From Octopus sinensis (taxonomy: Eukaryota), in NCBI RefSeq assembly GCF_006345805.1, contig NC_042998.1, positions 64,356,001-64,420,000 on the forward strand: a DNA stretch of 64,000 nucleotides. The letters run 5' to 3'. How positions within the stretch are numbered: the first letter of the stretch is position 1; the number at the start of each line of letters is the position of its first letter. The position numbers and the translations under genes were made by a program. The notes under the pieces are model-generated. The model searched no databases. It saw nothing but the letters and a program-made list of their open reading frames with translations, and was not told the DNA's origin. This document shows positions 26,913 through 39,889 of this stretch, piece by piece.

Positions 26913-27541
26913 GTGTGTGGTGAGGCAAATCGTTGCTAAACCCTTAATTACTTAGTATTACTTAAACTTTCCTCGAATGAGGCTTTTACATGCCGAAATC
27001 TACTTGGTAAAATTAATGATTATTCCAAATTAATTAATTTCACCCTATATTATTACTGATAACCATATTTCATCCCAGTAAATGACCACAACATCTTGTC
27101 TTGGCTGCACGCTGGTGAGAGGGGTTTGGTGACACAAACTTTCATTCACACTTTGAATTTGGTGATACTGGTAACGGCTTTAGCTCGCTCTGATACTGAG
27201 TTGAGATGATGTCTTCTAGTACCTCGAAATTCAATATACAATTATTCATAATTGTAGTGTCCTACGCTGATGAGAAAAGAAGTTGGGTAAGACATAATTA
27301 TCTAATTCTTATGCTTTCCTAAAACTTAATTTCGAAACGTACGTCCGTAGGTGACTTAAAATTGTATGATAGATTGCCGTCATTTCTTTCTCTCTTGCCT
27401 GTCTGTGTTTGCCTTTCAAGTGCTGTGGTTTTACTGAGATCTCCCTTTTAGTAAAAAGAATAGCTATAACTCTTTGACTGCTATTTCTAAATTCGGTGTG
27501 TGGTGAGGCAAATCGTTGCTAAACCCTTAATTACTTAGTAT
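26913..27541 (+). mobile_element. Non-coding hammerhead-bearing element with 46-bp terminal direct repeats (retrozyme-like or solo Penelope pLTR)
   Basis: Exact repeat gtgtgtggtgaggcaaatcgttgctaaacccttaattacttagtat at 26913-26958 and 27496-27541; internal canonical hammerhead; flanked by TA/TG runs; no ORF of 60 aa or more in the track. Confidence 0.72.
27259..27355 (+). ncRNA. Type I hammerhead ribozyme (minimal palindromic helix III, extended helix II)
   Basis: Helix I cctacg(27261-66)/cgtagg(27346-51); core CUGAUGA 27267-73; helix II gaaa(27274-77)/tttc(27330-33) extended by aagtt/aactt and cataa/ttatg; GAAA 27334-37; helix III A-C-GUAC-G-U; cleavage triplet GUC 27343-45. Confidence 0.85.
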
Positions 27542-28371
27542 ATATATATATGTATGTAGATAGGTAGGTATGTATGTAATCTTCCAATTCTAATTTTGAG
27601 ACTTTGTATATATACACATTTTATTTATTCTGGTTATATCATTTTCAGTAATCATAAATTTTATCTTTATCCAAAATAACAATATTGTTAATATATACAA
27701 TCATCCATAATACACCACGATAATTTCCTCTGTATTAACAACATAGGTTTTATTAGCGTCTTTCCCCTTTAACTGATAATTAACATTTTGATTTGAGGCC
27801 TTCCCCTACCAAGCCTCCTTTAAAGGCACTTTATACTAACCCTAAAAATCTTGACAATATTTATGACCATACTCAGCAATGTGCTGTGAACTCACTCCTG
27901 CCCTCCATTCCAAACAGACACAGTCCTCTAGCTTTAAATTTGGTAGTTGATAGAAAGACGAATGCATTAAAAATGAAACACAACCCATTACAAGCTATGG
28001 CACCAAAAACTTCATGCAATTCTTAGAAGTGTAGAGTATTCATAGCTACATTAATGGAAACATGAATTATTTTCGTCTTCTTGCTCTATTAGAGAATTTG
28101 TGTAAAATCATATTAATGTGTCAAACTGATTAAATATTCTATTTATTCATCCAGCGGGGGATAGCCCTGCGTTTAAATTGATGTAATTAATGCATGTTTT
28201 AATTAAATGGAGCCGCTTGAAACGGTCGTACTGTATCACATCTTAATATCCTGTAGCTCATTTTAATTTTATTCACCTTACTTTGAATTTTTACGGAAAA
28301 TACCGCACTGATTTGGTGCTTAAACTTAAATACATAATTCTTCTGAAACTCAATTATTTTCTCCTTCTCTC

Positions 28372-28374
<3 letters not shown>

Positions 28375-28445
<71 letters not shown>

Positions 28446-28496
28446 CATATACAGAAGTATATATTTATATACATACATACACACACACACATAAAC

Positions 28497-28532
<36 letters not shown>

Positions 28533-28540
28533 AAACATGC
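28375..28540. repeat. (TA)n/(CA)n/(TG)n compound microsatellite
   Basis: Visible in sequence. Confidence 0.93.
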
Positions 28541-28823
28541 ATAGATATGTACATTATAAACATACATGCATATACAAAGAGAAACAAATTATTTTCACTA
28601 AACCTGATTAGTACATTGCTAGGGGTAAGAGGTAGAATGTCTAATGCTGAAGGAAATGCACATAAACGTATGGATATATGCTCACAGGTGCTGCAATCAC
28701 CCAAAACACCGACTCGAAAATCCCATTACACCCTTAATCACACTTAGAAACAATAATAGTTTTCCTTTACAGCATAGCATGGCGCAGATCTCTTGTATAA
28801 AATGTTGTATATAAACGTACACC

Positions 28824-28824
<1 letters not shown>

Positions 28825-28915
<91 letters not shown>

Positions 28916-28920
28916 CACAA
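28825..28920. repeat. (AC)n(AT)n microsatellite
   Basis: Visible in sequence. Confidence 0.95.
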
Positions 28921-29176
28921 ACACACAGATATAGATCGAAACAATTTGATTTAAGTTGATTGGTACGCAGCTGATAGACTTGTAAAATATTTTAAAAAAA
29001 TTCTTCCTTCTTTTCTCGTTTTCTTTTCCTGCACCTGCTTCATATTTGTTCTTCCAACCGATGGCAACAGAGATGCAGTTCACCGCTTTGCACCAGGAGG
29101 AATCTCCGTATCCCGAGAGCCTTGAAATAGCCAAAATTACGGGCCACATAAAAATAATCATTATATATTCCCTCAG

Positions 29177-29205
29177 ATCATCCAAGACAAATCCCTCTCT
29201 ATCAG
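29177..29205 (+). CDS. Candidate 29-nt micro-exon ((D)HPRQIPLYQ)
   Basis: Acceptor ttatatattccctcag|, donor cag|gtgagc; phase-compatible with the 25831-25915 candidate; could arise by chance. Confidence 0.25.
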
Positions 29206-30279
29206 GTGAGCTAACAAAATCGACTTCCTCCGCAAGAAACTGCTGGCTTTATACCAAAATTTGAAACAATATTTCCGTGAAAGTGGAATACGTTAACTTC
29301 CACCGTTCAAAAGTAGAATCGCCCACTGAATAAGCTGTAGAGGGAAAATATTTTTAGTATGATAAATCCGCTCTAAAGAATACGAGTATACAGCTTAAAG
29401 AGTCGATTTATTTTCATTAAATTTTCGATGAATAAAATAGATGTCTGTGTGTTTATTCGTACCACCAACTAGAATCGATCAAATAGTCATAAATATTGAT
29501 ATTTAAAACTAAATGTTGATGCTAAATAGAAGTAGAGATATATTCTAAATCGAAGCTGCTTAATGTTTGCACAGATACAGATATATAAAAATATAAATAC
29601 ACTTTTAGAAACATAATAGATCCAATTCATGAATGTAAATGGTGTTATTGACCTCCGAGAAATTGATCTTTTGCAATAAAATGTAATAACTAAAAGGTGT
29701 TTGCTGTTAGTTCGTCATTGAAACATTCGCTCCTATTTGGAAAACATTTCCTTTTTTATAATGTTCTTCGAATGTTGCCAAGTGCAGTTGTTCTAAAATA
29801 TGTTTGGCTGAATTAGGAAATCATTGATTCCAAATATAATATTGAATCGCACGTAACAAATAGGAAAATAATAAACAATGAAATGCAATAAAAAATATAT
29901 ATATAAAAGCTTTGTAAATCAGGAAAGTGTAAATCGAAACGTTAACACATCTAAAGACAGAAAGAAAATATTTTTGAACTCAAAATTGAGAAAAAAATCG
30001 GAAGTGCACCAAGAATATTAATAAATGCTACACGTTGATTCCGAAAATTGTGCCTCGAGACGTAATCCGTGAACGGAATTTCCATTTCCATTGATATTTC
30101 CAGAAGCTGTGCCAATAATTACAACCAATTATCTGTAATAATAAAAGAGAAATAGTTTCTACAAAAAGACAAATACCGCAACAGAGTAAAGTACGTGGAT
30201 ACAAACGTTTGAATAATTCGAACTTTCTTTTACCATGATCATGATCATGATTACAATCATGATCTTATTCATGATGATG

Positions 30280-30296
30280 ACCCTTATTATTATTAC

Positions 30297-30352
<56 letters not shown>
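30280..30352. repeat. (ATT)n microsatellite at the 3' end of an R4 fragment
   Basis: Visible in sequence. Confidence 0.95.
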
Positions 30353-30354
<2 letters not shown>

Positions 30355-31150
30355 CCTTCGTAACACAGTGTAGGTAAAAGTGCACCGGAGACTTTCGTCA
30401 TGTATCAAGTCACAACAAGGAACTTAGGCTGCTTTTTGCAAGACATCAATCTTGCATGATATTTTCAGTTACCTTAAGAAGTCTTGAAGTTTCAATGGGA
30501 TTGAGCCCAACGCTCCGATCACAACTAGAATCACTTTTACATAGCCCTCTCGCATTCCATACTGTTTTGCCATTTCCAATTTTTATTCGGAGTTCTTGGT
30601 GATTTTTTTCCACCTGTTTATTCACAACATTCATATCATTTGGTATGGCTACATTAATTAACTGACTGTATTTCTCTGTCTTATTCAATATGACAATATC
30701 CGATCGACGTTGTTCGATTACAGGATCCGTCTGAAAGTCATAGTTCCAAAGTATCGTTACTTTTCCATCCTCTTGTATAACTTTACTTGGTACATGCTCA
30801 CACCAGTTCTCTGTTACTTCATATTGGTATTTACAGCATAAGAGCCAATGAAGGTACACACACACTTCATCGGGGCGGCGCTTTTTTGTGCAAGGTTCTC
30901 ATATCTACTTTCCAGGTGGGCAACATTTTCCACACTCTTTCAATAGAATCTGCATTTCTGGGTGTCAGAAATTTTATAGATATTATACTTCACCGAATTG
31001 GTAGCGAAAGCCTGTTCTTGTGCAGGAATTGATCAGGCTTTCGGTGGTACGCACCAAATCACCTCGCTCTTAATGCAGCCCACGATGCTGTATTGTCCTT
31101 AACGTCTTGAGTATTACTTTCAAACTGCCCATGCGGTAGATTTACGAACA
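30353..31150 (-). mobile_element. R4/Dong-clade LINE 3' fragment (zinc knuckle plus RLE)
   Basis: ORF 30446-30865 VYLHWLLC..KVTILWNYDFQTD.VIEQRRSDIV..VAIPND; upstream PHGQF..AQEQAFATNSVKYNI..KCRF. Confidence 0.85.
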
Positions 31151-32300
31151 GGTTGTATAAATGTTTGTGCACTGGGATCTCGCTGGAAGAAAGGTTGCTT
31201 GATCAACGACCTCAGGTCGAAAGCTATGGATGCCGTTATTATAAACAGGTTTTCCGACACACATGATCTAGCTTCTATGTTCAACAATTTTGAGATCTAC
31301 GTATCTCTTAGTCAGCTTGGAATGGGAGGGTGTGTAGTATTGCTGCTTTGGAAATGTCTGGATGTCGAGATACGGACGATTTTTCTGGACCTAGATTTCA
31401 AGTCTATAGTCCTGGATGTCAGCAATAGCGAAGGTTTTGTAAGTATTTCGTCCAGCATCCTAACAATTCTGCCAGTTCAATAATAATTGAAAAGAACATA
31501 TAACATGATACGTTAAGCTGTAAGCAGCAAGCCGGCTACGCTTTCAATACTGGACATCATGCGATATTAAACGATTCCGCTAAGAGGCCATTTACTTTGA
31601 ATACTCAACAGATGTCATGATTTGCAGCAATCCAGGTTTTGCAGACTGAACTGAAACTGGTCGCCTCTTTTGATTGATCCATATTGATCGGGGTCCTCTC
31701 CATGACAGGTTCCTCCCCCTCCCTTTTATGAGGTACCACGTGATTTAGAGGATGTCGTGGACAGATTTCTTTAGGATAGCGCATGTCTGTGCTTTATTGC
31801 AGAGCTTATCGAAGACAAACACCAGTATTTTAGTTAAACCTTCACTAAAGTCTTATAATCTGCGTTCAGCGAAGTGTTGGGCCTAAAGTTATCTATGTGG
31901 TCCCCCGTTCCTCTTTTTCGAATCATTTTACAGCACCACAAACACGCATCAGCTCACAAAACTGGGGAATTCTCCCGTTCTGTTGTTAGTTGTAGTAAAC
32001 ATCTTCCAAGAGGTCCCCGAACAAATCTGGCACAGTAAGATAAGGCTTGCCGAGTAGACTATCCTGACGCGGAGCCTTTTTTCTTATCTAATCACTCATT
32101 GCGTCCCGTATGTCTTCGACTCAAACTTGTATTTCGCAGAAATCTGTATCTCTAGTCAAAAGGCCAGCTATACTGCTGATGTACGAGGAGGTAGAGTCAA
32201 TCGCAGTCACTTACCCTCCGGGTGCCTCATACAAATCGGCAAATGCCGTTCAAATTCTTCACATATCTGCTTGGATTTGAGTAGCATGTACCTGTCAGGA
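31150..32300 (-). mobile_element. L1/Tx1-clade LINE RT remnant, interrupted by a SINE head near 31440-31485
   Basis: Minus translation PDLFGDLLEDVYYN*QQNGRIP (31965-32030), DNFRPNTSLNADYKTLVK (31841-31893), AQTCAILKKSVHDIL (31746-31792), then INMDQSK; resembles Tx1 NFRPITLLNADYKILAK / AQTCA.PGRSI.DN / NLDQSKAFD. Confidence 0.78.
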
Positions 32301-32312
32301 GCCGAATTCAGG

Positions 32313-32363
32313 CTTTGTCGCCACGTTGCACCTTTGTCGCCACGTTGCACCTTTGTCGCCACG
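32313..32363. repeat. 19-bp minisatellite x2.7 (ctttgtcgccacgttgcac)
   Basis: Units at 32313, 32332 and 32351 (partial). Confidence 0.92.
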
Positions 32364-33389
32364 GAGCACTGAATAGTTTTCGTGCCCTTATGCCTTAGCG
32401 TACGGGCCTTAGCTCTGACAACGGAAAGTTGGTACTTGGCATTGAAGGATTAATCGACAGCCAATCTTGGCGGCAACAGGCTGGTCACTATGCCTCTTCT
32501 AAGTGCCTCTCCTAGCTTCCTAACTAGGTATCCTTCTATCCTAGATTTCTCTGAAGCTAAACTCTAATAAACCGTACCACTTCTACACTTTTCAGAGTTA
32601 TCCGCTATAAGTTGTTGACGATTGCAGCCGACAACCTCCAACGTACTGCTCTCTGAAAACTTGACGTTACTTCTGCTATGACAGACACTTGAGATCGTCG
32701 AAATCTTCGGTGGTTTTGTTACTTTTAACAAATCATTTATTAGAAATGTATTTATTACAAATGAACCACCTGGCTAGATCAATGTGTTGTTTGAATCCTA
32801 TTACAAATTCTATAGATCATTAAAATAATATAAATACTGATTCTTTTAAGACGTGTTAAAAATCTAATCAGTTTTCACACAGTGTTATACTAATAAACAC
32901 CTTGCCAACACAACCTATATGTACAATCAATTATCAAAGTGTACATCATAATATACACATACAACACTACACTCGGTAAAATAATACCGTAACAAATCTA
33001 ATAATACGATGCAGTGCACTAAATGTAAATTCTGAAATGACCATACAAGACAATTACACATCCAATGCTGCACACATTCGAGAAATTATCATTAAAATAC
33101 ACACCCTACACAGCACGCGTGGAGAGCATTCATCTTTTGGCGAAAAGGCAGATATAAAACATTGCATACTTTATAGAGAAAACCAAAAGTGTTAAAGCAA
33201 CATATTGAAAAGAAAAACCCGCTGAAGATGACATGTAACATACACCTCAACCACCAACCATGAAATCAAATGATGTAGTGACCTGGTTGAGCGGAAACAA
33301 GTCCTGCATAGTTCATGACGAAATACGATATTAGTGATATTATTACTATTAAGTGCGAGAAGAAAAACAAATAATGATGGCTAGCATAG

Positions 33390-33432
<43 letters not shown>

Positions 33433-33552
33433 AGTTGCAATGGTGGTGGTAGTGGTGGTGAGTGATGGTGAAGACGGCGGTAGTGTTATTATTTATGAGG
33501 AAGAGAAGTATGAGGGAAAGAAAACGTCAGTTACAAGAATAAGAAAAGCTAA

Positions 33553-33584
<32 letters not shown>

Positions 33585-33755
33585 GTAGTAGTAGTAGTAG
33601 TAGAAGAAGCAGCAGTGGTGGTAGTAGTAGTAGTAGAAGCAGTAGTGGTGGTAGTAGTAGTAGTACTAGCATTAGTTGCAGCAGCAGCAGAAGAAGAAGA
33701 GGAAGAAGGAGTAGGAGAAAAGGAAGGAGAAAAGGACGAAGTGGAAGAAGAAGAG

Positions 33756-33842
<87 letters not shown>

Positions 33843-33887
33843 GAAGAAGAAGAAGAAGAAGAAGAAGAAGAAGAAGAAGAAGAAGAA

Positions 33888-33934
<47 letters not shown>

Positions 33935-33950
33935 AAGCGAAGGAAAAGTC
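33390..33950. repeat. Compound trinucleotide array (GAT)n(GGT)n(ACT)n(AGT)n(AGC)n(ATA)n(AGA)n
   Basis: Visible in sequence; source of the spurious ORFs 33353-33955 etc. Confidence 0.95.
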
Positions 33951-33990
33951 AATAAACATAAAATTATAATCACATCAGAAAGTTAAGCAG

Positions 33991-34069
<79 letters not shown>

Positions 34070-34479
34070 ATATACATACAAAAAATGAATAAAACAGGCA
34101 AGAGTTAATAGAAATATTATCTGCATTATTCCGCAAAATAACACGAATTTTATCCATGTGAAAACTTACGTTAGTTTCATCAGGAAGTCAAATATCCCGA
34201 GGGCATTATCAAGAATGATGAAATATTTCAAAGAGAACAAATACAAAAAAAAAAAAAAGAAACTGGAAAGGAAAACTCAAAGTAATTATACATTTCTATT
34301 TTAAAAAAAAAATCTCATAAGTAGTTTGGAATTATTTTTATTATTGTTAAATTCCTGTATGTTTTGTGCATAAATTTTCCAATATGCTATTTTCCCCTGT
34401 AGTCTGTTTTGAAAAGAATATTATCAGTAACGTCGTTTTTCTTGTTATTATAATTAAAACCATCATTACCATTATTAAT

Positions 34480-34579
34480 ATTATTTTTATTCATGCTATC
34501 ACCATCATCACTGTAGCCATCGTTGTCATCCTCGACACTGTCATCTTGCTCATCATCATCATTATCATTATTATTATTA

Positions 34580-34649
<70 letters not shown>

Positions 34650-34699
34650 TATTACTATTATTATTATTATTATTACTATATTATTATTATTATTATTAC

Positions 34700-34736
<37 letters not shown>

Positions 34737-34920
34737 GTTATTATTACTATTATTATTAATGTTATCATTATCGTCATCATCACTGATGTTCTCGCTGTTG
34801 TTGTTTCCATTGCCACTGTCGTCATCGCAGTTGTTGCCGTTATTCTTCATGGTGCCCGATATATTTTCATTAAAACTATTAGTAATATTATTTTTTAAGT
34901 TGTAGTAATGGTAATATTGA
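34480..34920. repeat. (ATT)n/(CAT)n degenerate microsatellite
   Basis: Visible in sequence. Confidence 0.93.
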
Positions 34921-35149
34921 GAATGTTAATAATAAATATACAATTTTACAATTTCTAAAATGAGAAAGTCAAGAAGCGTAAAACGTAATTTAAAATTTCT
35001 TTAATTTTTCTTTCTTTCTTTTCGGTGTCATTTATTGATTCATTTCTCTTCCTGTTGATGTGTGCCTGACAAAACTTGATAACATTTAAATGGCTTAAGG
35101 GCATCTTTGACAAAACGGTGGAAGAACGCACGTACACGTGTACTGTTTG

Positions 35150-35400
<251 letters not shown>

Positions 35401-36088
35401 ATCAAGATGTATGTGTATGTATAAATTGCTACAGAGTTGTCAAATCAGAAGGTTATCGTTTTCAATAAATAATGCGATTATAATTATGTCGTTAAGTAGT
35501 ATATTTCTAGCTGTGTACAATTACATTTTTACCAGTTACACGTCACAACCAGAAATGAACGCACACACGTTTTTTTTCTTCTTTTTTTTTCTGGTGAGGA
35601 AACCATTGATTGATTTCTTTATGACGCCTAACACAGCATTCACAACTGGTATTCTTTTCATGTTCAAGTGCCATATTATTTGCGTATGACAGAGGGAGAT
35701 GAAAAGGGTGCTAAAGTGAAGAAAAACTGTTGCTTTGGAAGGAAGCGATACAAGAAAAAAATAATGTCATCGAGAGAGACAGAGAGTGGAGAGAGGGAGT
35801 GAGAGGGGGAGATAAAGAAACAGACAGAAGGAAAGTGAAACATTTACAGAAAGAGCGAGCTTGAGCGCGATAAAAATATCGATGGAAAATAGCTTAAGTT
35901 ATGCTAGGATATTCCAAATAATGGCGAACGAGAGGGTGCTTTTCAACATAAGTAAGAGACGTGAAGATCAACAGCGTAAATCGAAAAGTTACCAAGATTG
36001 TCAATGTGAAGTAAAAAAAATGATTTTTTTTCTTGAAGTAGAAACTGAAACAGAAAGGCAAAGAAAAAGAGAGAACGAGAAGGAAATA

Positions 36089-36130
<42 letters not shown>

Positions 36131-37122
36131 TGATAGATCGAGACAAAGATATTGAGACGCTGCTGAGAAAAAGACTAATAGTATTGGGTGAAAGCAGAAG
36201 CCGAGTGTTAGTGTAATAGATCGTGGTAAATACATGGGAGATACAGAGAAAGTTATCCCACTGCAATAAAGAATTAGTGAGCGTGATGGAGAAGGAGAGA
36301 GACAATATGATATTGCGAGTTTTATATATTAGGAGAGAAAGAAATAGGGGTAGAGAGAGGGAAGAAGAAAGAGGATGAGAGTATGATTGAGAGAGGTATA
36401 AATTTTAAAAGAGAAGAAATATTAGAGAAAAAATTTAAGAAAGGCAAAAACTATGATACTGCTTGCCATACATCAAAAACCGGAAATGCACGCAACACAA
36501 AAGCTGAAATTATCGGGCAAAACTTTCTTTATAATAAATATGCGTAGACTGGAGACAGGTATTCTCTGTATAGAATATAATTTGTAGTACCCAAGAGATT
36601 AAAACTTGAGCAGGTTGAGGAGTAAATGTAAGGATAAGAAGGACGAACATGTTAGGCAAGTCTAAATTGCTTGTTCCTATATTTACTCATATATATATAT
36701 ATATGTTTAAGCAAGATATAAGTTAGAGTTTATGCAACCGTCTAAGTGATATATGTATCCGGAGGCATTCCTGGTGTATTATCTTACTATGTATTGAACA
36801 CGTTATAAGGTATACGGTAGTAGGTAATTTAAAGGTAAAACCGTGGTTTAATATATAGAAAGAAGATAAGAAATGCAGCAATAATTAACAATGAGAAGTG
36901 GATTATTAGTGTTTAAATGTCATTCTTAATAGAATTTGGAACATTTACAGGTGTTCCTGTTTATTAAATTTACATTTACCTCGTTACATTTAATAAACAT
37001 CTAGAGAATGAAAAGAGGGAATGACAGGCAGAGAAAAAACAAAGAAAATGAAAATAGTTCGTTAAAATCTGTAGGCGCATATTTTAGTGACTTACCTTCC
37101 CCCCCTCTCTCTCTCCTTCTGC

Positions 37123-37207
<85 letters not shown>

Positions 37208-37422
37208 ATATATAATTTATGTGTGTGTGTGTGTGTGTGTGTGTGTTGTGCTTATTAGACAAAATATTATTCATATAAAATTAGTGTATATTTATTCACA
37301 AAAGAGGTGATTCTAACAAAACACATTACATGCTACAAGGACTTTTACTGTTTCTTTTAACATATAAGGTGTTATTTGCTTTATAAATTATGGGTAAATT
37401 TCTGATTTACCCCCATGTAGAC

Positions 37423-37461
<39 letters not shown>

Positions 37462-37467
37462 ATATAT

Positions 37468-37498
<31 letters not shown>

Positions 37499-37778
37499 CG
37501 CCAATACATGAGTTAAAGAAATTCAAGCACATGAATAAGAGATTGTACCTGCAAATCCAGGACTAGTTACCATATTTTCCTCGCGGTATGGAAGAGTGGG
37601 CGAAGCACGCATAATTCTCTTTCACCTGTAGTCACAAAGCATTGAAATCAACTTGCAAAACCTAGAGAATTAAAAAGAAATGTGGCAATCCCTGAACTCT
37701 CTACTGCAGGCTGCGGCAATAAAGAGCACTAAATTGATGATACACTGTAGAAGTCCGAGTTCTTGGTTTCACAACCTA

Positions 37779-38553
37779 CAGGATGTTCGAGTTAAATTTC
37801 ACGAGGTTTTGGTGTCTCCTTTTCTCAGAAACAGCGTGATGCATTCGTGAAAAACCAATGGCTTTGGAGAGCACCATCGTGCAGGTTGTAATTGAGGAAA
37901 CGTTGTGCTGGAAGTCTGAATATTAAAAAAGAATTTCCTGTATCATGATGATTCTCACCGGGAATCAAAATGCCAACATCATAACTACTACTCAATGTCT
38001 TGTGAAAACTGTAAAACGTGATATGGACAGCTGCAACGAAGGCTACGAAGCTATAAGCAGCAGAAAGGGTCACAACATATATTCTGCGTGCGTTCGAACA
38101 ACTTAATTCTCTGAAAAGAGCCTTAGACCGCTATGGGTTAGTTCTGAAAGGCCATATGTGTGGAGCAAGGTTCGGCTGCATGTCATGCCCTCAGAATGAT
38201 TCAGAAGTGGTTATCAGAAATGTCTATGACTTCGCAAAACCTAATTCCGTGTCTCCTAATTGCTTTGATGTCAATCCTATGTATTACAACGTGTGGGGCA
38301 CGGTTGAAAAAGACGCTAATACCACTGTACCCACAACAAATCCGACCTGCTAAAAGATCTTCGCAAGGTCAAAGGGAGAGACGCATGCAACACATTCTGG
38401 AGCCTCTTTGAGGACGTGGTGGAAGCTGGGGTGGCTAATATGAATAAATTATCTGTCAGGCATAATCTAGTAGATTGTTGAATCAATTTTATTTTCGGAT
38501 ATAATATTTTTACTTCTTTTATAAAAATTCTCAATTTTAGCCCGTAAACCCTG
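37779..38553 (+). mobile_element. Tc1/mariner (maT/DD37D-like) DNA transposon, internally deleted
   Basis: Imperfect TIRs caggatgttcgagttaaattt (after TA) / aattttagcccgtaaaccctg; frameshifted transposase remnant .PYVW.Q.SAACHA..IQKWLSE.VYDF..NPMYYNVWGTVEKD. Confidence 0.8.
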
Positions 38554-39287
38554 TCTAATTGCGAATCATTTGAATAAGTGACCGGATTTTAATGCAGTGT
38601 GATTATAAAGGTTGGAAAGTTATTTATTTAGTTTTTTTATCATTATTTTATTATTGTTCTGAACGAATAATTAGTTGAATCGTTGGAGATAATCTAATTA
38701 CCATGAAAGTTTATCAATTTAGGCTTCTAAATGTGTTCCGTTAGCAAAGAAGTAAGGATTAAACTTCTATAATGAGCGATAGATATTCTGTGGTTGAATC
38801 TTAAGCAACAAAGTATATTTCTTCCTACTTGAATACGAGTTTTTCGAAAGACTTAAAACAGACAAACTGCGTTCCCCACATGTTCAGCTACTACACAATA
38901 ACTGAATGTTGATGGTGCTCTTAATGTAAACCAATAAAAAATCTTTGAAATGTATTTAATAGCTTGACATGTTGAATTTAAAGTTTTTAATGAACACATC
39001 ATAAGAGTTACACATTTCACATGGCAGTATAAACTGATAAGAAAAACAAGAAGAAAAGAAAGGAAATTATACTTGCTAGTGGCGATAATTGCTGGTTCGT
39101 TAAATATATTTCATCTCATTGATAATTGGATGCTACTGGGATATGAAAAGGTGTTAGAGGAATTAAACTGTTAATTTTCTGATAAATTGCACTTGCTGTG
39201 GCTGTATATAACTTAGTTTAAAATAATTGAAGATACTAGACGAAGCGTATATTTTGCTCTTAGAAAATGATGACACTACTATATGGT

Positions 39288-39385
39288 CGGGATCATTTTT
39301 AGTATTCTCGTTTGCGAGTGCAGTCGAGTTTATCTCGTATATTTTCATTTTAAAAATCATCTCTAGCTAATCGTTGACACCTTAA
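39288..39385 (+). repeat. Partial copy of the dispersed repeat at 40125-40497
   Basis: cgggatcat.tttagt.ttctcgtttgcgagtgcagtc...ctaatcgttga is shared with 40349-40440. Confidence 0.8.
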
Positions 39386-39719
39386 ACGTCAAAGATGGTG
39401 TGTAAGACTCACGTAAATTACCCTCTGATACTTGATATACTTTTAGAGAATTGGTGAGAGTCTTTAGATTTGACGTATATAATTTCTGTAAAATGCTAAT
39501 ACAGTGGGGGTAATTGGATGATTTTCAATTCAAGAAACAGTTGTTACCTTTAAATGGGCATAGTTTTAACTGATTGACATGGAATGTTATCCTAAGCAAT
39601 ATTTATATTTATTGATATTTTTCCATTAGTTTAGATGTATGTTGTAAACTCATGTACACAATTCTCTGAGGTTTTCTCCATTTGAAATCCGAAGTGAAAC
39701 TTAATGAAAATATTTTACT

Positions 39720-39733
39720 ATAACATAATAATA

Positions 39734-39768
<35 letters not shown>

Positions 39769-39790
39769 TAATAATAATAATAATAATATT

Positions 39791-39844
<54 letters not shown>

Positions 39845-39848
39845 TATA

Positions 39849-39889
<41 letters not shown>

